From contig JAYVQC010000179.1 of assembly GCA_043757045.1 (NCBI GenBank), forward strand, positions 1 through 57,344: a stretch of 57,344 nucleotides of DNA. Direction: 5' to 3'. Shown here one piece after another: positions 26,577-36,502 of the stretch. Position 1 is the first letter of the stretch; each line of letters opens with the position of its first letter. A model generated the notes under the pieces. The model saw only the letters and a program-made list of their open reading frames with translations. It was not told the origin of the DNA and did not search any database. Source of the stretch: Akkermansia sp. (GTDB lineage Bacteria; Verrucomicrobiota; Verrucomicrobiia; Limisphaerales; SIBH01). The translations under genes and the position numbers were made by a program.

Positions 26577-27766
26577 GCGCGGGCGTTGCTGAGGTGCCGC
26601 TGGTCGCGGTCACGGGCTGCCTGCCACTGGGCGGCAGCTCGACGTTTCTCGTCAACTTCGCGCGGGCGCTGCGGCGGCGCGGACAGGTGCTGCCGGTCGT
26701 AGTGCTCGACACGGAGAACGTGTACGCGGCGGACTTCGCGGCCCTCGGCAATCCCGTCCATGTCCTGCCGCCGGGAAAAATGATCTTCGAGGACCGCCTG
26801 CTCTGGGCCTACCGGCAGGCCGCGCAGTACCGCCCGCGCGCGGTGCTCAGTTGTCTGTCGCCGCAAAGTTTCGAGATCCTCCGCGTGGTGCCAGAGGGCG
26901 TGCTGCGCATGAGTATTGTGCAGTCGGACGATCCCGGCCCGTACTCGGTCGTGGCGCAGCACGCGGCGTGGACGGACGTGGCGGTGGGGGTGTCGCGGCA
27001 GATCGGTTTGAATTTGCAGGCGCGGCCCGAACTGCGGAGCGCGCGCGTGGAGGTGATTCCGTACGGCATTGATTTTACCGCGCCCGTCCCGCGCCGGCCC
27101 CGCGCGGCAGACGCGCCGCTGCGGTTGATTTACCTGGGGCGCATCGTCGAGGAACAGAAGCGCGTGAGCCGCCTCGCGCAACTTGCGAAACAGTTGCAGG
27201 CACACGGCACGCCGGTGGAATTCTCCATCGTGGGCGAGGGGCCGCAGCGGGAGGCCTTGCGCGCGGAATTGCGGGACTGCGCCTGCGTCCGCTTCGTGGC
27301 CCCCGTGTCCTACGATCAGGTGCCGCGCCTCTTGCAGGACTACGACGTGTTCGTGCTGCTCTCGGATTTCGAGGGACTGCCGCTGAGCCTGTTGGAGGCG
27401 ATGGGCGCGGGCGTGGTGCCGGTGGTTTCAGATCTGCCGAGCGGCCTGGCGGAAGTGGTGGATGACACGCGCGGCCGCCTGGTCCCGGTCGGGGACGTGG
27501 CGCGCGCAGTGGAGGCGATCCTGGAACTGGATCGTGACCGGGAGAAACTTCACGCCTGCGCCACGCGCGCGGCGCAGTTTGTGCGCGCCCATTTCAGCGC
27601 GGATTTAATGGCGGAAAAATATCTCCGTGTGGTGGACGAGCTGGCCGCGCCGCCGCGCGACTGGCCGGCGACGGTGGCGATACCCCGGCCGTGCGGCGTG
27701 ACGCCCGCGTGGCTCTACGCCGGAGCGCCGCGCGTCCTGCGGCGCTGGTTGAAGCCGTGGCTGTGA
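26573..27766 (+). CDS. glycosyltransferase family 4
   Basis: ATGA overlap at 26573. YLGRI..EQK, SDFEGLPLSLLEAMGAG. Confidence 0.9.
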   Translation: MSAGVAEVPLVAVTGCLPLGGSSTFLVNFARALRRRGQVLPVVVLDTENVYAADFAALGNPVHVLPPGKMIFEDRLLWAYRQAAQYRPRAVLSCLSPQSFEILRVVPEGVLRMSIVQSDDPGPYSVVAQHAAWTDVAVGVSRQIGLNLQARPELRSARVEVIPYGIDFTAPVPRRPRAADAPLRLIYLGRIVEEQKRVSRLAQLAKQLQAHGTPVEFSIVGEGPQREALRAELRDCACVRFVAPVSYDQVPRLLQDYDVFVLLSDFEGLPLSLLEAMGAGVVPVVSDLPSGLAEVVDDTRGRLVPVGDVARAVEAILELDRDREKLHACATRAAQFVRAHFSADLMAEKYLRVVDELAAPPRDWPATVAIPRPCGVTPAWLYAGAPRVLRRWLKPWL

Positions 27767-27828
27767 ATCACGGGACCGGCTTTGCAGAATTCTTGCCGCC
27801 TTCTCCGTGCGCCCTTTAGCATTCGCGC

Positions 27829-28626
27829 ATGAACGCCGAGATGAGCCGCCTGCAAAAAATCCGTTGCGCGCTGCGCTTGCGCACGCGGGCGCGCGAGGCA
27901 TATCGCCGCGTGATGCGCCGTCTCGGATTTCTGGGGCAGGACTGGGACCAGGGTTTGCCCGAGGAGTTGCAGGCCTGGGAATTCATGCTCTCGAACCAGG
28001 GCCGGAACTGGGTCGAGTCCGAATATCGCTACCGCCTCGATCCCGGTTCCGAGTTGCAGGACGAATACAAAAAGCTGATCGAGGCGCCCGCGGGCGGGCC
28101 GCCGCTCCGGCTGCTGGACGTGGGGGCCGGGCCGCTGACCTCGTTTGGCAAACGCTGGACTGGCCGGTCGTTGGAAATTTTCCCCGTGGACCCGCTGGCC
28201 GACGAATACAACGGGCTGCTGGCGCGGCTGGGCTTGCGCGCGCCGGTTCCGTCCGCGCCCGGCCACGGCGAGAAACTGTCCGCGCAGTTCGAGAAAAACT
28301 CCTTCGACCTGGCGCTGGCCAGCAACTCGCTCGACCACTGCTACGATCCGCTGCTGGTCATCCGCCACATGCTCGCGCTGGTCAAGCCGGGCGGCCACGT
28401 CTTCCTCGGGCATTTCGCGAATGAAGGCGTCCAGGCCGGCTACACCGGGCTGCATCAATGGGACTTCAGCATCCAGCAGGGCGACATGATTTTAAGTGAT
28501 GGCCGCGGGCAGCGCCATTCGTTGCGCGCCGTGTTCGGGGATGTGGCCGTGCTGGAGTGCGAGCGGCAACAGTGGGTCGGACGTCCCGCCGTCATCGGAC
28601 GGCTGAAAAAATTGCGGACGCCCTGA
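27829..28626 (+). CDS. class I SAM methyltransferase
   Basis: LLDVGAGP, VDPLA, FDL....NSLDH..DP, VKPGG. Confidence 0.85.
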   Translation: MNAEMSRLQKIRCALRLRTRAREAYRRVMRRLGFLGQDWDQGLPEELQAWEFMLSNQGRNWVESEYRYRLDPGSELQDEYKKLIEAPAGGPPLRLLDVGAGPLTSFGKRWTGRSLEIFPVDPLADEYNGLLARLGLRAPVPSAPGHGEKLSAQFEKNSFDLALASNSLDHCYDPLLVIRHMLALVKPGGHVFLGHFANEGVQAGYTGLHQWDFSIQQGDMILSDGRGQRHSLRAVFGDVAVLECERQQWVGRPAVIGRLKKLRTP

Positions 28627-28644
28627 TCCTTTACTTTTCCTGCC

Positions 28645-29367
28645 ATGTCGTTGCTCAAAAAAATTCTCGAAAGCCGCTGGCGGTGGGCCTTGCACGGGCT
28701 GCCCTCGCCGGCGTGCGTCCAGGCGCTTTTCTCCGTCCGGCGTTACACCATGACCATGCCGGGGCGCTGCCGGAAGCTGTGGGATTTGTGCGGCGACGTC
28801 TTCGCCCGGCGAGTCCCCGGTGGCCTGGTGGAGTGCGGCGTGTGGCGCGGCGGTTCCGCCGCCATCATGGGGCTGGCTGCGCGGCACGCAGGCGAGCGGC
28901 GGGTGTTGCACCTGTTCGATTCGTTCGAGGGGCTGCCGGAGCCGGATGAGCGCGATGGCGCGCAGGCCATTTCCTACAGCCACGGCAAATCCGGCGGCGC
29001 GCTCTCGTCCATTCATCAATGCGAGGCGGGCGTGGAGGAAGTGCGCGCGGCGTTGCTGGGCCAAATCGGGCTGGCGGAGGAAGGGGTCGTGTTTCATCGC
29101 GGCTGGTTTCAGGACACGGTGCCGGTGGCGGCCGGTTCCCTGGGGGCCATCGCGGTGCTGCGGCTGGATGGCGACTGGTACGAGTCCACGGCCATCTGCC
29201 TGAAACATTTGTATCCGCTGCTGGCTTCTGGCGGCGTGCTGTTGCTGGATGATTATTTTTGCTGGGAAGGCTGCCGCAAGGCGACGGACGAATATCGCGC
29301 GGCCCACGGCATCACGACGCCGGTGGTGCAAATTGACGAGGGGGCGGCTTACTGGATCAAGCCGTGA
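28645..29367 (+). CDS. TylF/MycF-family sugar O-methyltransferase
   Basis: VECGVWRGGS, LFDSFEGLP, GWF.DT, LRLDGDWYEST, DDY..W.GC.KA. Confidence 0.92.
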   Translation: MSLLKKILESRWRWALHGLPSPACVQALFSVRRYTMTMPGRCRKLWDLCGDVFARRVPGGLVECGVWRGGSAAIMGLAARHAGERRVLHLFDSFEGLPEPDERDGAQAISYSHGKSGGALSSIHQCEAGVEEVRAALLGQIGLAEEGVVFHRGWFQDTVPVAAGSLGAIAVLRLDGDWYESTAICLKHLYPLLASGGVLLLDDYFCWEGCRKATDEYRAAHGITTPVVQIDEGAAYWIKP

Positions 29368-29397
29368 GCGTCTGCCCGCCGCCCGGCCGGAAACTCT

Positions 29398-30348
29398 TCA
29401 CGCGGTTTTTTTCCTGCGGGCCACGAGGCAGAGGCTGAGGCCGAGCCGGGGGAAGAAAAATTTGGCTCCCAGTTTGCGGTAGAAAAAACTGAGCCAGCGC
29501 GCGCCGGTTGCATCCAGAGGATGGGTGCGCCGGCCAATGGCGGCGGCCAGGCGGTTGTGCATGGGGATGAAAAGCTCCAGGTCCGAGCCGTGCAGGCGGT
29601 CGCCATGCAGCGAGACCAATTCCAGCCCGACGAGTTCCACCAAGGCGCGCAGATCACGCTTGCGCCAGCGGCTGAGGTGGTGCGGCGGCCAGTTCGCCGG
29701 GTCCAAGGGAATGAGGCCGCAGATGCGATGTTCATGCGGGACGGCGATGACGATGAGTCCGCCCGGGCGCACGAGCCGCGCAGCTTCGCGCACGAAGCCC
29801 ACGGGGTCGGGGACGTGTTCCACGACCTGGTAGAGCGTGAGCAAGTCCACCCCGCCCCCGGCTTCCTCGGGGGTGATTTGTTCGAGCGGCTTGCGGATCA
29901 TGCGGTGGCCCTTGGCGGACGCGCGCTCGGCGGCGGCCTCGTTCAGTTCCACGCCCCAGGTGGTGAGACCTTGCTGCCGCGCCTGATCCAAAAAGACGCC
30001 GTCGCCACCGCCCACATCCAGTACGCTACGCACGCCCTGCTCGCGAGCCAGGCGGAGGGTGAAGGGAAATTCCGGGCGTTGCGCGACGTAGTATTCCCGG
30101 GCCATCAGCTCCTCGTAAAATTTCCCGCCGCCGGCCAGTCGCGGGTCATAGAACCGGAAGCCGCACGCGCGGCACCGCCAGAGCGTCACGCGGCTGGTCT
30201 CGTCCATCGGGGCCAGGGCCGCCGGGCTGAACTCCCGGCCGGCCGCGCGCCACAAGGCCACGATGTCCCGTCCGGTCAGTTCATCCGCCGCCGCCAGGTC
30301 GTGGCCGGAGCAGAGGAGACAGCGGAGTTTGGATGCGGGGTCAGTCAT
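29398..30348 (-). CDS. class I SAM methyltransferase
   Basis: CxxC...CxxC, VLDVGGGDG, QVVEHVPDP, PGG, PPHHLSRW. Confidence 0.87.
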   Translation of the reverse strand: MTDPASKLRCLLCSGHDLAAADELTGRDIVALWRAAGREFSPAALAPMDETSRVTLWRCRACGFRFYDPRLAGGGKFYEELMAREYYVAQRPEFPFTLRLAREQGVRSVLDVGGGDGVFLDQARQQGLTTWGVELNEAAAERASAKGHRMIRKPLEQITPEEAGGGVDLLTLYQVVEHVPDPVGFVREAARLVRPGGLIVIAVPHEHRICGLIPLDPANWPPHHLSRWRKRDLRALVELVGLELVSLHGDRLHGSDLELFIPMHNRLAAAIGRRTHPLDATGARWLSFFYRKLGAKFFFPRLGLSLCLVARRKKTA

Positions 30349-30398
30349 GGATTAAATCGTTTCCGGTTCAATAGGGTTTTCCTCTGGCAAGTTTCAAC

Positions 30399-32003
30399 TC
30401 ATTCACCACGGCCGTCTGGTGCGTGCGCCGACGACGGGCGGAATTTTTTTTGCCCGTGCCCCAGAATGGTGGCGGCCCACGGCCAGCGCGCCGGGATGCG
30501 GGCCAGCATTTCCGAGCGCAACTCGCCGGGCAGGCAAAACCGCAGCATCACCCACGCGCCCGCCAATGCAGCGGGCAACGCGCAGCCCAGCAGCCGCAGC
30601 CACGCCGAGTCGCGTGTCCACCAGGCCAGGGCCAGGGCGGGGGGGGCCACGAGCGCGAGGAAGCGCGCCGCCGGGCGCGACCATTCCAGCAGCACCACCG
30701 TCACGGGCTGGCCCGCCAGTTTTGCGATCCGCCGGTTCAAGTACGGCACGGACAGCAGGCTGGTGCTGAGGATGGAACAGGCCAGCATCCCGGTGATGCC
30801 GCCCCACGGAATGACCACGCAGGCCAGCAGGACAAATAAAAATCCCTCGGCGAGATACACCGCCTTCAGCCGGCCCACCTGTTTGAAATGAAAAAGCAGC
30901 GAGGTGTGGCCGGATGACTGGATGAGTAGCAGGAACCACAGGGCCAGCAGCCCGTTGTTCCACTCCGGCCAGGTGATCGGCTGGCGCGTCCAGATTTTCA
31001 CGAAAGCATTGTTGCCCAGGGCGATCAGCAAGCCCAGATACGCGCTGACCAGCAGGGACAGCTCCACCATCGTGCGGTAACGCCGCCAGAGCCGCTCCAT
31101 CTCTCCGCGCACCACCATCTCGGACAACGCCGGACCCGCCGTCATGACCAGCCGGGAGGCGAGCTGCGTGCCGAGCGTGAAGAGCTTCGTCATCACCGAC
31201 CAGACCAGTACCGCCACGAACGCGGCCTCTGTGGGCAGCATTTTTTTCAACAGCAGAATCTGGCTGCCCGTGGTCAGCAGCGTGCCAATGGTGATGAGGA
31301 AAAATTCCGTGCCGAATCCAAACACGCGGCGCACCTGCGCGCGCGAGAACGCGCCCCACGCCCCGCGCGCGGGCAGCAGCCCCAGCCGCGCGCAGGCCAC
31401 GCCCATGGCCGCCAGCATCACGACCAGGGACACGCCCTGTCCGAGAATGAAACTGTCCAGCCCCAGGCCGGCGTGCAGGCCCGCGACCAGCAGCACCAGA
31501 TTGAGCAGGAACGATCCCGCCAGTGCGTAGTTCGCGAAGTCCATCCGCTGATGCGCCTGGAGAATCTGGTTCCCTATCCGGAAGATAAAATTCAGCGCCA
31601 GAAAAATGACCTGCCACACCCAGAGCCGTCGGAAGGCCGCGGCCTGCTCCCCGGCCAGCTCAAAAAACGAGACCAGCGCGCCCGTGCCGGCCAGGCCCGC
31701 GATCAGGATGAGCGCGGCCTGCATCGTCGAAAGCGCCCACATGGATTTGATGATGCCGCCGTAGGCGTCCTGGGCCGGCGCGTCCTTGTAATCCACGAGC
31801 AGCCGGATGCCCGCGCCGCTCGTCCCCAGATCGATCATGCTCAAGTAACCCGCGACCGAGGCCACGAGCAGCCAGAGCGAGTAATCCGACGGGGCCAAGT
31901 AATGGAGCGCCACCGGCAGCGAGACCAGCGTCCAGAGCGTGTTGAAGGAAATCAGCAGGTAGCTCGTGCCGAGGCCGGAAAGAAATTTTTTTGCCCGCGC
32001 CAT
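30399..32003 (-). CDS. polysaccharide flippase (Wzx/MATE-like)
   Basis: About 14 TM segments and Y.LW........YL...DLG motif. Lies in the polysaccharide locus. Confidence 0.8.
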   Translation of the reverse strand: MARAKKFLSGLGTSYLLISFNTLWTLVSLPVALHYLAPSDYSLWLLVASVAGYLSMIDLGTSGAGIRLLVDYKDAPAQDAYGGIIKSMWALSTMQAALILIAGLAGTGALVSFFELAGEQAAAFRRLWVWQVIFLALNFIFRIGNQILQAHQRMDFANYALAGSFLLNLVLLVAGLHAGLGLDSFILGQGVSLVVMLAAMGVACARLGLLPARGAWGAFSRAQVRRVFGFGTEFFLITIGTLLTTGSQILLLKKMLPTEAAFVAVLVWSVMTKLFTLGTQLASRLVMTAGPALSEMVVRGEMERLWRRYRTMVELSLLVSAYLGLLIALGNNAFVKIWTRQPITWPEWNNGLLALWFLLLIQSSGHTSLLFHFKQVGRLKAVYLAEGFLFVLLACVVIPWGGITGMLACSILSTSLLSVPYLNRRIAKLAGQPVTVVLLEWSRPAARFLALVAPPALALAWWTRDSAWLRLLGCALPAALAGAWVMLRFCLPGELRSEMLARIPARWPWAATILGHGQKKFRPSSAHAPDGRGE

Positions 32004-32174
32004 GTGAGGGTCAGGCGTCCAGGCGGGCGGTTTTCATCCGGCACTTCACGGGTTCACAGTTCATTTCGTCAGAGGCACGGACAGGTTCTCCCGCGTTTTC
32101 GTTCATCGGCAAAGTTTTTTCCGGTCGGCCCGCGCGCTTGACGCTGCTCCGCGCGTCGCCGTTCAATCGGCGCC

Positions 32175-33659
32175 ATGCCAACGAATCTTGCCTGCGCCTT
32201 CGTGGACTCCGCCGCGCGGCATGGGGCCAAGACCGCCGTCTTCTGGGGCGCGGAGGAAATCAGCTACCACGCTCTGCTGCTCCGCGCGGCGGGCGTGGCG
32301 ACGACGCTGGTGGAGCAGGAGAAGATTCAGCCCGGCGACCGCGTGGCGTTGTGGATGAAAAATTGTCCCGAGTTTATCCCGGCGTGGTTTGGCATCCTCC
32401 TCGCCGGCGGCGTGGTCGTGCCGGTGAACAATTTCCTTAAGCCGGACGAGATTGCCTTCATCCTGCGCGACGCGGCGGTGCGCGTGGTGATCCACGACGA
32501 GAGCCTGCGCGAAGGCGCGGTGAAGCTGGCCACGCTCCTGCCGGAGTTGCGACAGCTTCGCGCCGAGGAATTCACCTCGCCCTCGTCCCTGCCGTCCTTC
32601 CCCGGCGCGCACCGCACGTCCGCCGATCTCGCCGTGCTCGTGTACACTTCCGGCACCACCGGCCATCCGAAGGGCGCGATGCTCTCGCACGGCAACCTGC
32701 TGGCGAACGTGGAAAGCTGCCGCGAGAAACTCGCCGCCGTGGACCACGACCGCTTCGTGGTGCTGCTGCCGATGTTCCACAGTTTCATGATGACCGTGGG
32801 CATGTTGCTCCCGCTGCTCGTCGGCGGCTCCATGCTGCTCATCAAGTCCGTGAGTCCGCCGAAGAATGTCATCGCGGAAATTCTTGCGCGGCGCGCGACG
32901 ATTCTCCCGGCGGTGCCGCAGTTCTTCCGCGCGCTGGCGCATGGCGAAGCGCCGCCGGATTTTCCGCTCCGCCTCTGCATCAGCGGCGGCGCGCCGTTGC
33001 CGGCGGAAATTCTCAAGGAGTTCAGAGAGCGGATGCCCGTCCCGCTCATCGAAGGCTACGGACTCAGCGAAGCCAGCCCCGTGGTCACGCTCAATCCCAT
33101 CGATGGCTCGGGCAAGGCCGGCTCCATCGGCCTGCCGATCACGGGCGTCGAAGTCTCCGTGCAAAGTGAGGACGGGAAAATTCTCGGCGTGGGCGAGACG
33201 GGTGAACTTTGCGTGCGCGGCGCGAACGTGATGCAAGGCTATTGGAACCAGCCCGACGAATCCGCCCGGGCCTTGCGCGACGGCTGGCTGCTCACCGGCG
33301 ACATCGGCCACGGTGACGCGGACGGCTACTTCTTCATCACCGACCGCAAGAAGGACATGCTGCTCGTCAATGGCATCAATGTTTATCCGCGCGAGATCGA
33401 GGAAATCATTTACCAGTTCCCCGGCGTGAAAGAGGCGGCGGTCATCGGCGTGCCGGATGCGCGCCGTGGCGAGCAACCAGTCGCGTACGTCTCCGCGAAA
33501 GACGGCGCGACGCTGGATGCGAAAGCCCTCCAGCATTTCATCCGCGAGCATCTCGCCGATTACAAAGTGCCGAAACACGTCACCGTCCTCGCTGCTCTGC
33601 CGCGCAACGCCACGGGAAAAATCCTCAAGACGGAATTGCGTAAACTGGCGGCCGCGTAG
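32175..33659 (+). CDS. long-chain acyl-CoA ligase (FadD-like AMP-binding enzyme)
   Basis: YTSGTTGHPKG, EGYGLSE, TGD, DRKKD, PRNATGKILK. Confidence 0.92.
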   Translation: MPTNLACAFVDSAARHGAKTAVFWGAEEISYHALLLRAAGVATTLVEQEKIQPGDRVALWMKNCPEFIPAWFGILLAGGVVVPVNNFLKPDEIAFILRDAAVRVVIHDESLREGAVKLATLLPELRQLRAEEFTSPSSLPSFPGAHRTSADLAVLVYTSGTTGHPKGAMLSHGNLLANVESCREKLAAVDHDRFVVLLPMFHSFMMTVGMLLPLLVGGSMLLIKSVSPPKNVIAEILARRATILPAVPQFFRALAHGEAPPDFPLRLCISGGAPLPAEILKEFRERMPVPLIEGYGLSEASPVVTLNPIDGSGKAGSIGLPITGVEVSVQSEDGKILGVGETGELCVRGANVMQGYWNQPDESARALRDGWLLTGDIGHGDADGYFFITDRKKDMLLVNGINVYPREIEEIIYQFPGVKEAAVIGVPDARRGEQPVAYVSAKDGATLDAKALQHFIREHLADYKVPKHVTVLAALPRNATGKILKTELRKLAAA

Positions 33660-33729
33660 GTGACGAGGCAACGAGTCTGCGATCAAAAAGCACGAGGCAG
33701 ATCAGAAACTCCTTACCTCGTCTCCTACG
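33655..33729. repeat. GTAG-type palindromic element, family F
   Basis: CGTAGGTGACGAGG...CCTCGTCTCCTACG. Overlaps the ligase TAG. Confidence 0.75.
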
Positions 33730-33775
33730 AGCACCCATTCAAGCCCCCTCTCCACGCCGCCGATGATCTGCGGCA

Positions 33776-34726
33776 GTGAAACAAGAAGGCTGGTCATCAT
33801 CTCAATTGGATGAGCATTCCATCGCGCCGGTTGTTCGTGAGAACAATCGGGGGAGAATTTTTTCCCAGACCTGCGCCGTCCTCGGTTTGCTGGCCGTGCT
33901 GTTTTTCACGGGCTGCGCCACGGCCCCAACTCAAGCTCGTTCTGCGGCGCGCGTGAAAGTGCTGACGGAATGGACCGGGCACCAGGCGCGCTTTTTCCTC
34001 CGCAACTCCGACACCGCCGACATGACCGCGACGCTCGATGTCGGTGCGATTAACATGCAACCCAATGTCCAACTGCCGCGCACCGTCATCGTCCCGGCGG
34101 GCGCGACCGTAGAAGTGTTGCTGCTCACCGGCGTGACGAACGCCGGCGGCCACTGGTCGTTTGGCTATACGAATCACTACACGATGGGGCGCGGCGACGC
34201 GGTGCATGACGACACGCAGCTTTACGCGCTGCCCTACACGGCGGGCCGCAGCTTTGAGGTCACGCAGGGGCATCACGGCGGATTCAGCCACACGGGCGCG
34301 GATGAGTTTGCGATTGATTGGAAAATGCCCGAGGGCACGCCGGTGCTGGCGGCGCGCGCGGGCGTGATCGTGGCGGTGAAGGATGATTCGGAGAAGGGCG
34401 GCCCGCGCCGCAAGTTCGAAGACCTGGCGAACCATGTCATCATCCAGCACGCGGACGGCACGATGGCGCACTACTGCCACTTCGCGCCGCGCACTGCGCA
34501 AGTGCGCGTGGGCGATGAGGTCGCGGTGGGCGCGGCGCTGGCGTCCTCGGGCAACACGGGTTTCAGCAGCGGGCCACATCTGCACTTCGCGGTCTTCAAG
34601 GCGCGCGGCGGTTATGGGCGCGAGACCATTCCGGTGAAGTTCCTCACGGCCGAGGGCCGGGGCATCACGCCGGTGACGGGCGAAAGTTATCGCGCAGTGG
34701 ATTCGTCGGCGCTGGCCAGCCACTGA
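33776..34726 (+). CDS. M23-family metallopeptidase, probable lipoprotein (start uncertain)
   Basis: Lipobox-like FFTGC, H....AIDW..PEGTPVLAAR.G, SGNTG.S.GPHLHF. Confidence 0.87.
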   Translation: MKQEGWSSSQLDEHSIAPVVRENNRGRIFSQTCAVLGLLAVLFFTGCATAPTQARSAARVKVLTEWTGHQARFFLRNSDTADMTATLDVGAINMQPNVQLPRTVIVPAGATVEVLLLTGVTNAGGHWSFGYTNHYTMGRGDAVHDDTQLYALPYTAGRSFEVTQGHHGGFSHTGADEFAIDWKMPEGTPVLAARAGVIVAVKDDSEKGGPRRKFEDLANHVIIQHADGTMAHYCHFAPRTAQVRVGDEVAVGAALASSGNTGFSSGPHLHFAVFKARGGYGRETIPVKFLTAEGRGITPVTGESYRAVDSSALASH

Positions 34727-34736
34727 CGCGCAGAAT

Positions 34737-34868
34737 CGTGCTTCTCCGGTTGGTTGACAAAAGCAGCCCGCGCTGGAGCGCCGAGCATTGCTCGGCCTGA
34801 TAACACTGCGTTGCCAGACGAGCCGAGCCATGCTCGGCGCTCCTTTGTCAACCCACCGGATATGCAGG
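34737..34868. mobile_element. MITE-like element: 25-bp TIRs, 8-bp target duplication, internal REPIN
   Basis: Left TIR CGTGCTTCTCCGGTTGGTTGACAAA vs right TIR reverse complement CCTGCATATCCGGTGGGTTGACAAA (21/25). CGCAGAAT flanks both sides (34729-36, 34869-76). GGAGCGCCGAGC...GCTCGGCGCTCC inside (34775-34843). Confidence 0.75.
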
Positions 34869-34917
34869 CGCAGAATTTACTTCATGGCTCGCGTGCGGCC
34901 CGCGCACACTGCCGCGC

Positions 34918-35175
34918 GTGAAAGTAGTGCTGCGTTTTCTGCTGCTGGTTGTGGCCCTCGCCGGGTTGGTCGTCTTTCTTTCGTTTCATATTTCCAGCCT
35001 CGGGCCGAAACAGACCATCACCTTGGGCATCAGCCCGTATCCATGGCTGAAGTGGACCCGCCTGCACGGCCTCGGCGATCTCGGCCACAAGGTCGAGGTC
35101 AAGGCGCTCTCGTGGTCGTCGGCGGGCCTGGTCGTGAGCCTCGTGGCCTGCGGACTGCGTGCGCGGGTGAAGTGA
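34918..35175 (+). CDS. small membrane protein
   Basis: 85 aa with two hydrophobic helices. Fills the intergenic space in the sense orientation. Confidence 0.5.
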   Translation: MKVVLRFLLLVVALAGLVVFLSFHISSLGPKQTITLGISPYPWLKWTRLHGLGDLGHKVEVKALSWSSAGLVVSLVACGLRARVK

Positions 35176-35250
35176 CGTATCCCGACGCGGTGGTGGATTT
35201 TGAATCTTGGGATTTGGCGTTTCTTGCGCCTGCTTGCTACGGTCGCGCGC

Positions 35251-36270
35251 ATGGATGCGCCCGAGTGGATCAATCTTAGCGACGATGAGTTGCTGGAGAA
35301 AAAGATTTCCAAGCTCGGCCTCACGCTGGCGGGCAGTCCCGTCGAGCCGTTGGTGAAACAGCTTTACGACGAGCTGTCGCAGAAGGGTCTCGCCTTCCAT
35401 CCGCCCTGCCACATTGGTGACGAATGGTTTGTGCCGGTGGGCATCCCGGCCATCTTCATCCCGTTTTTTCTCACGCACGAACGGCTGCGAAAACTCGAGC
35501 GCAAGATCATCCTCGAAGTCGAAGGCGAGACGTCGGAGTGGTTCCTGCGTTTGATGCGCCACGAGGCCGCGCACGCCTACGCCTACGCCTATCAACTTTA
35601 CCGGAAGAAGAAATGGCAGCAGACGTTTGGCCTCACTTCCACGGAGGAGACACCACAGTTTTACCGTCCGCGTCCTTACAGTCGTTCGTATGTTGTCCAT
35701 CTCGATGACTGGTATGCGCAGAGTCATCCCGACGAGGATTTCGCGGAAACGTTCGCGGTGTGGCTGACGCCGGGACTGGACTGGCGAGCGCGTTACAAGG
35801 GCTGGAAGGCGTTGCAGAAGCTGGAATATCTCGACGAGTTGATGCGCTCGATTGCGGGCCAACCACCGACGCATCAGCCCGTGTATCGCGTCGCCGATCA
35901 CGACTGCCTCAACGTGAAGTTGAAGACGCACTACGCGCGGAAGCGGAAGCTCATCGAGGACACCTACCCTGATTTCTACGACAACGATCTGAAGCAGCTT
36001 TTCGCGGCGGGACCGGAAATCACCGAGCGCATCAAGGCTTCGGACTTTCTGCGCCAGCGCCGCCGCCCCCTGATCAAAGCGGTCGGTCAGTGGACCAATG
36101 AAAAAAAGTATCGCATCAACAAACTGCTCACGCGCCTGATCGCACGCTGCGACAAACTCGACCTGCATCTGCGCGGTGACGACGCGCAGGCGTATCTGCA
36201 AGTGTCCGCCTACCTCACCACGCTGGTGATGAACTATCTCTTCACCGGAAAATTCAAACGCACCAAGTGA
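35251..36270 (+). CDS. putative zinc-binding metallopeptidase
   Basis: HExxH (RHEAAHA) and YAQSHPDEDFAETFAVW. Start ATG 35251 follows a TACGGT box. Confidence 0.8.
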   Translation: MDAPEWINLSDDELLEKKISKLGLTLAGSPVEPLVKQLYDELSQKGLAFHPPCHIGDEWFVPVGIPAIFIPFFLTHERLRKLERKIILEVEGETSEWFLRLMRHEAAHAYAYAYQLYRKKKWQQTFGLTSTEETPQFYRPRPYSRSYVVHLDDWYAQSHPDEDFAETFAVWLTPGLDWRARYKGWKALQKLEYLDELMRSIAGQPPTHQPVYRVADHDCLNVKLKTHYARKRKLIEDTYPDFYDNDLKQLFAAGPEITERIKASDFLRQRRRPLIKAVGQWTNEKKYRINKLLTRLIARCDKLDLHLRGDDAQAYLQVSAYLTTLVMNYLFTGKFKRTK

Positions 36271-36312
36271 GCACGACTGGTCAATTGCAATGCGGGTTTG
36301 GTGGAGTGGCGT

Positions 36313-36448
36313 TCTCCCTCACCCCGGCCCTCTCCCGCTGGGAGAGGGGGAACGGCATTCAGCCTCACTGCTGTCAAACTCGCCCGACTCGACGAACGCT
36401 GCCTGACTGTCTCCCTCTCCCAGCGGGAGAGGGCCGGGGTGAGGGAGA
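36313..36448. repeat. REPIN-like element, family C (CCCTCACCCCGGCCCTCTCCC), copy 1
   Basis: Long inverted arms. Copies at 53215 and 57293. Confidence 0.9.
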
Positions 36449-36502
36449 GACGCGACTTCTGCCAAAAACATTTTTCATCCCACAGTTCACCCATCCAAAC
36501 CC

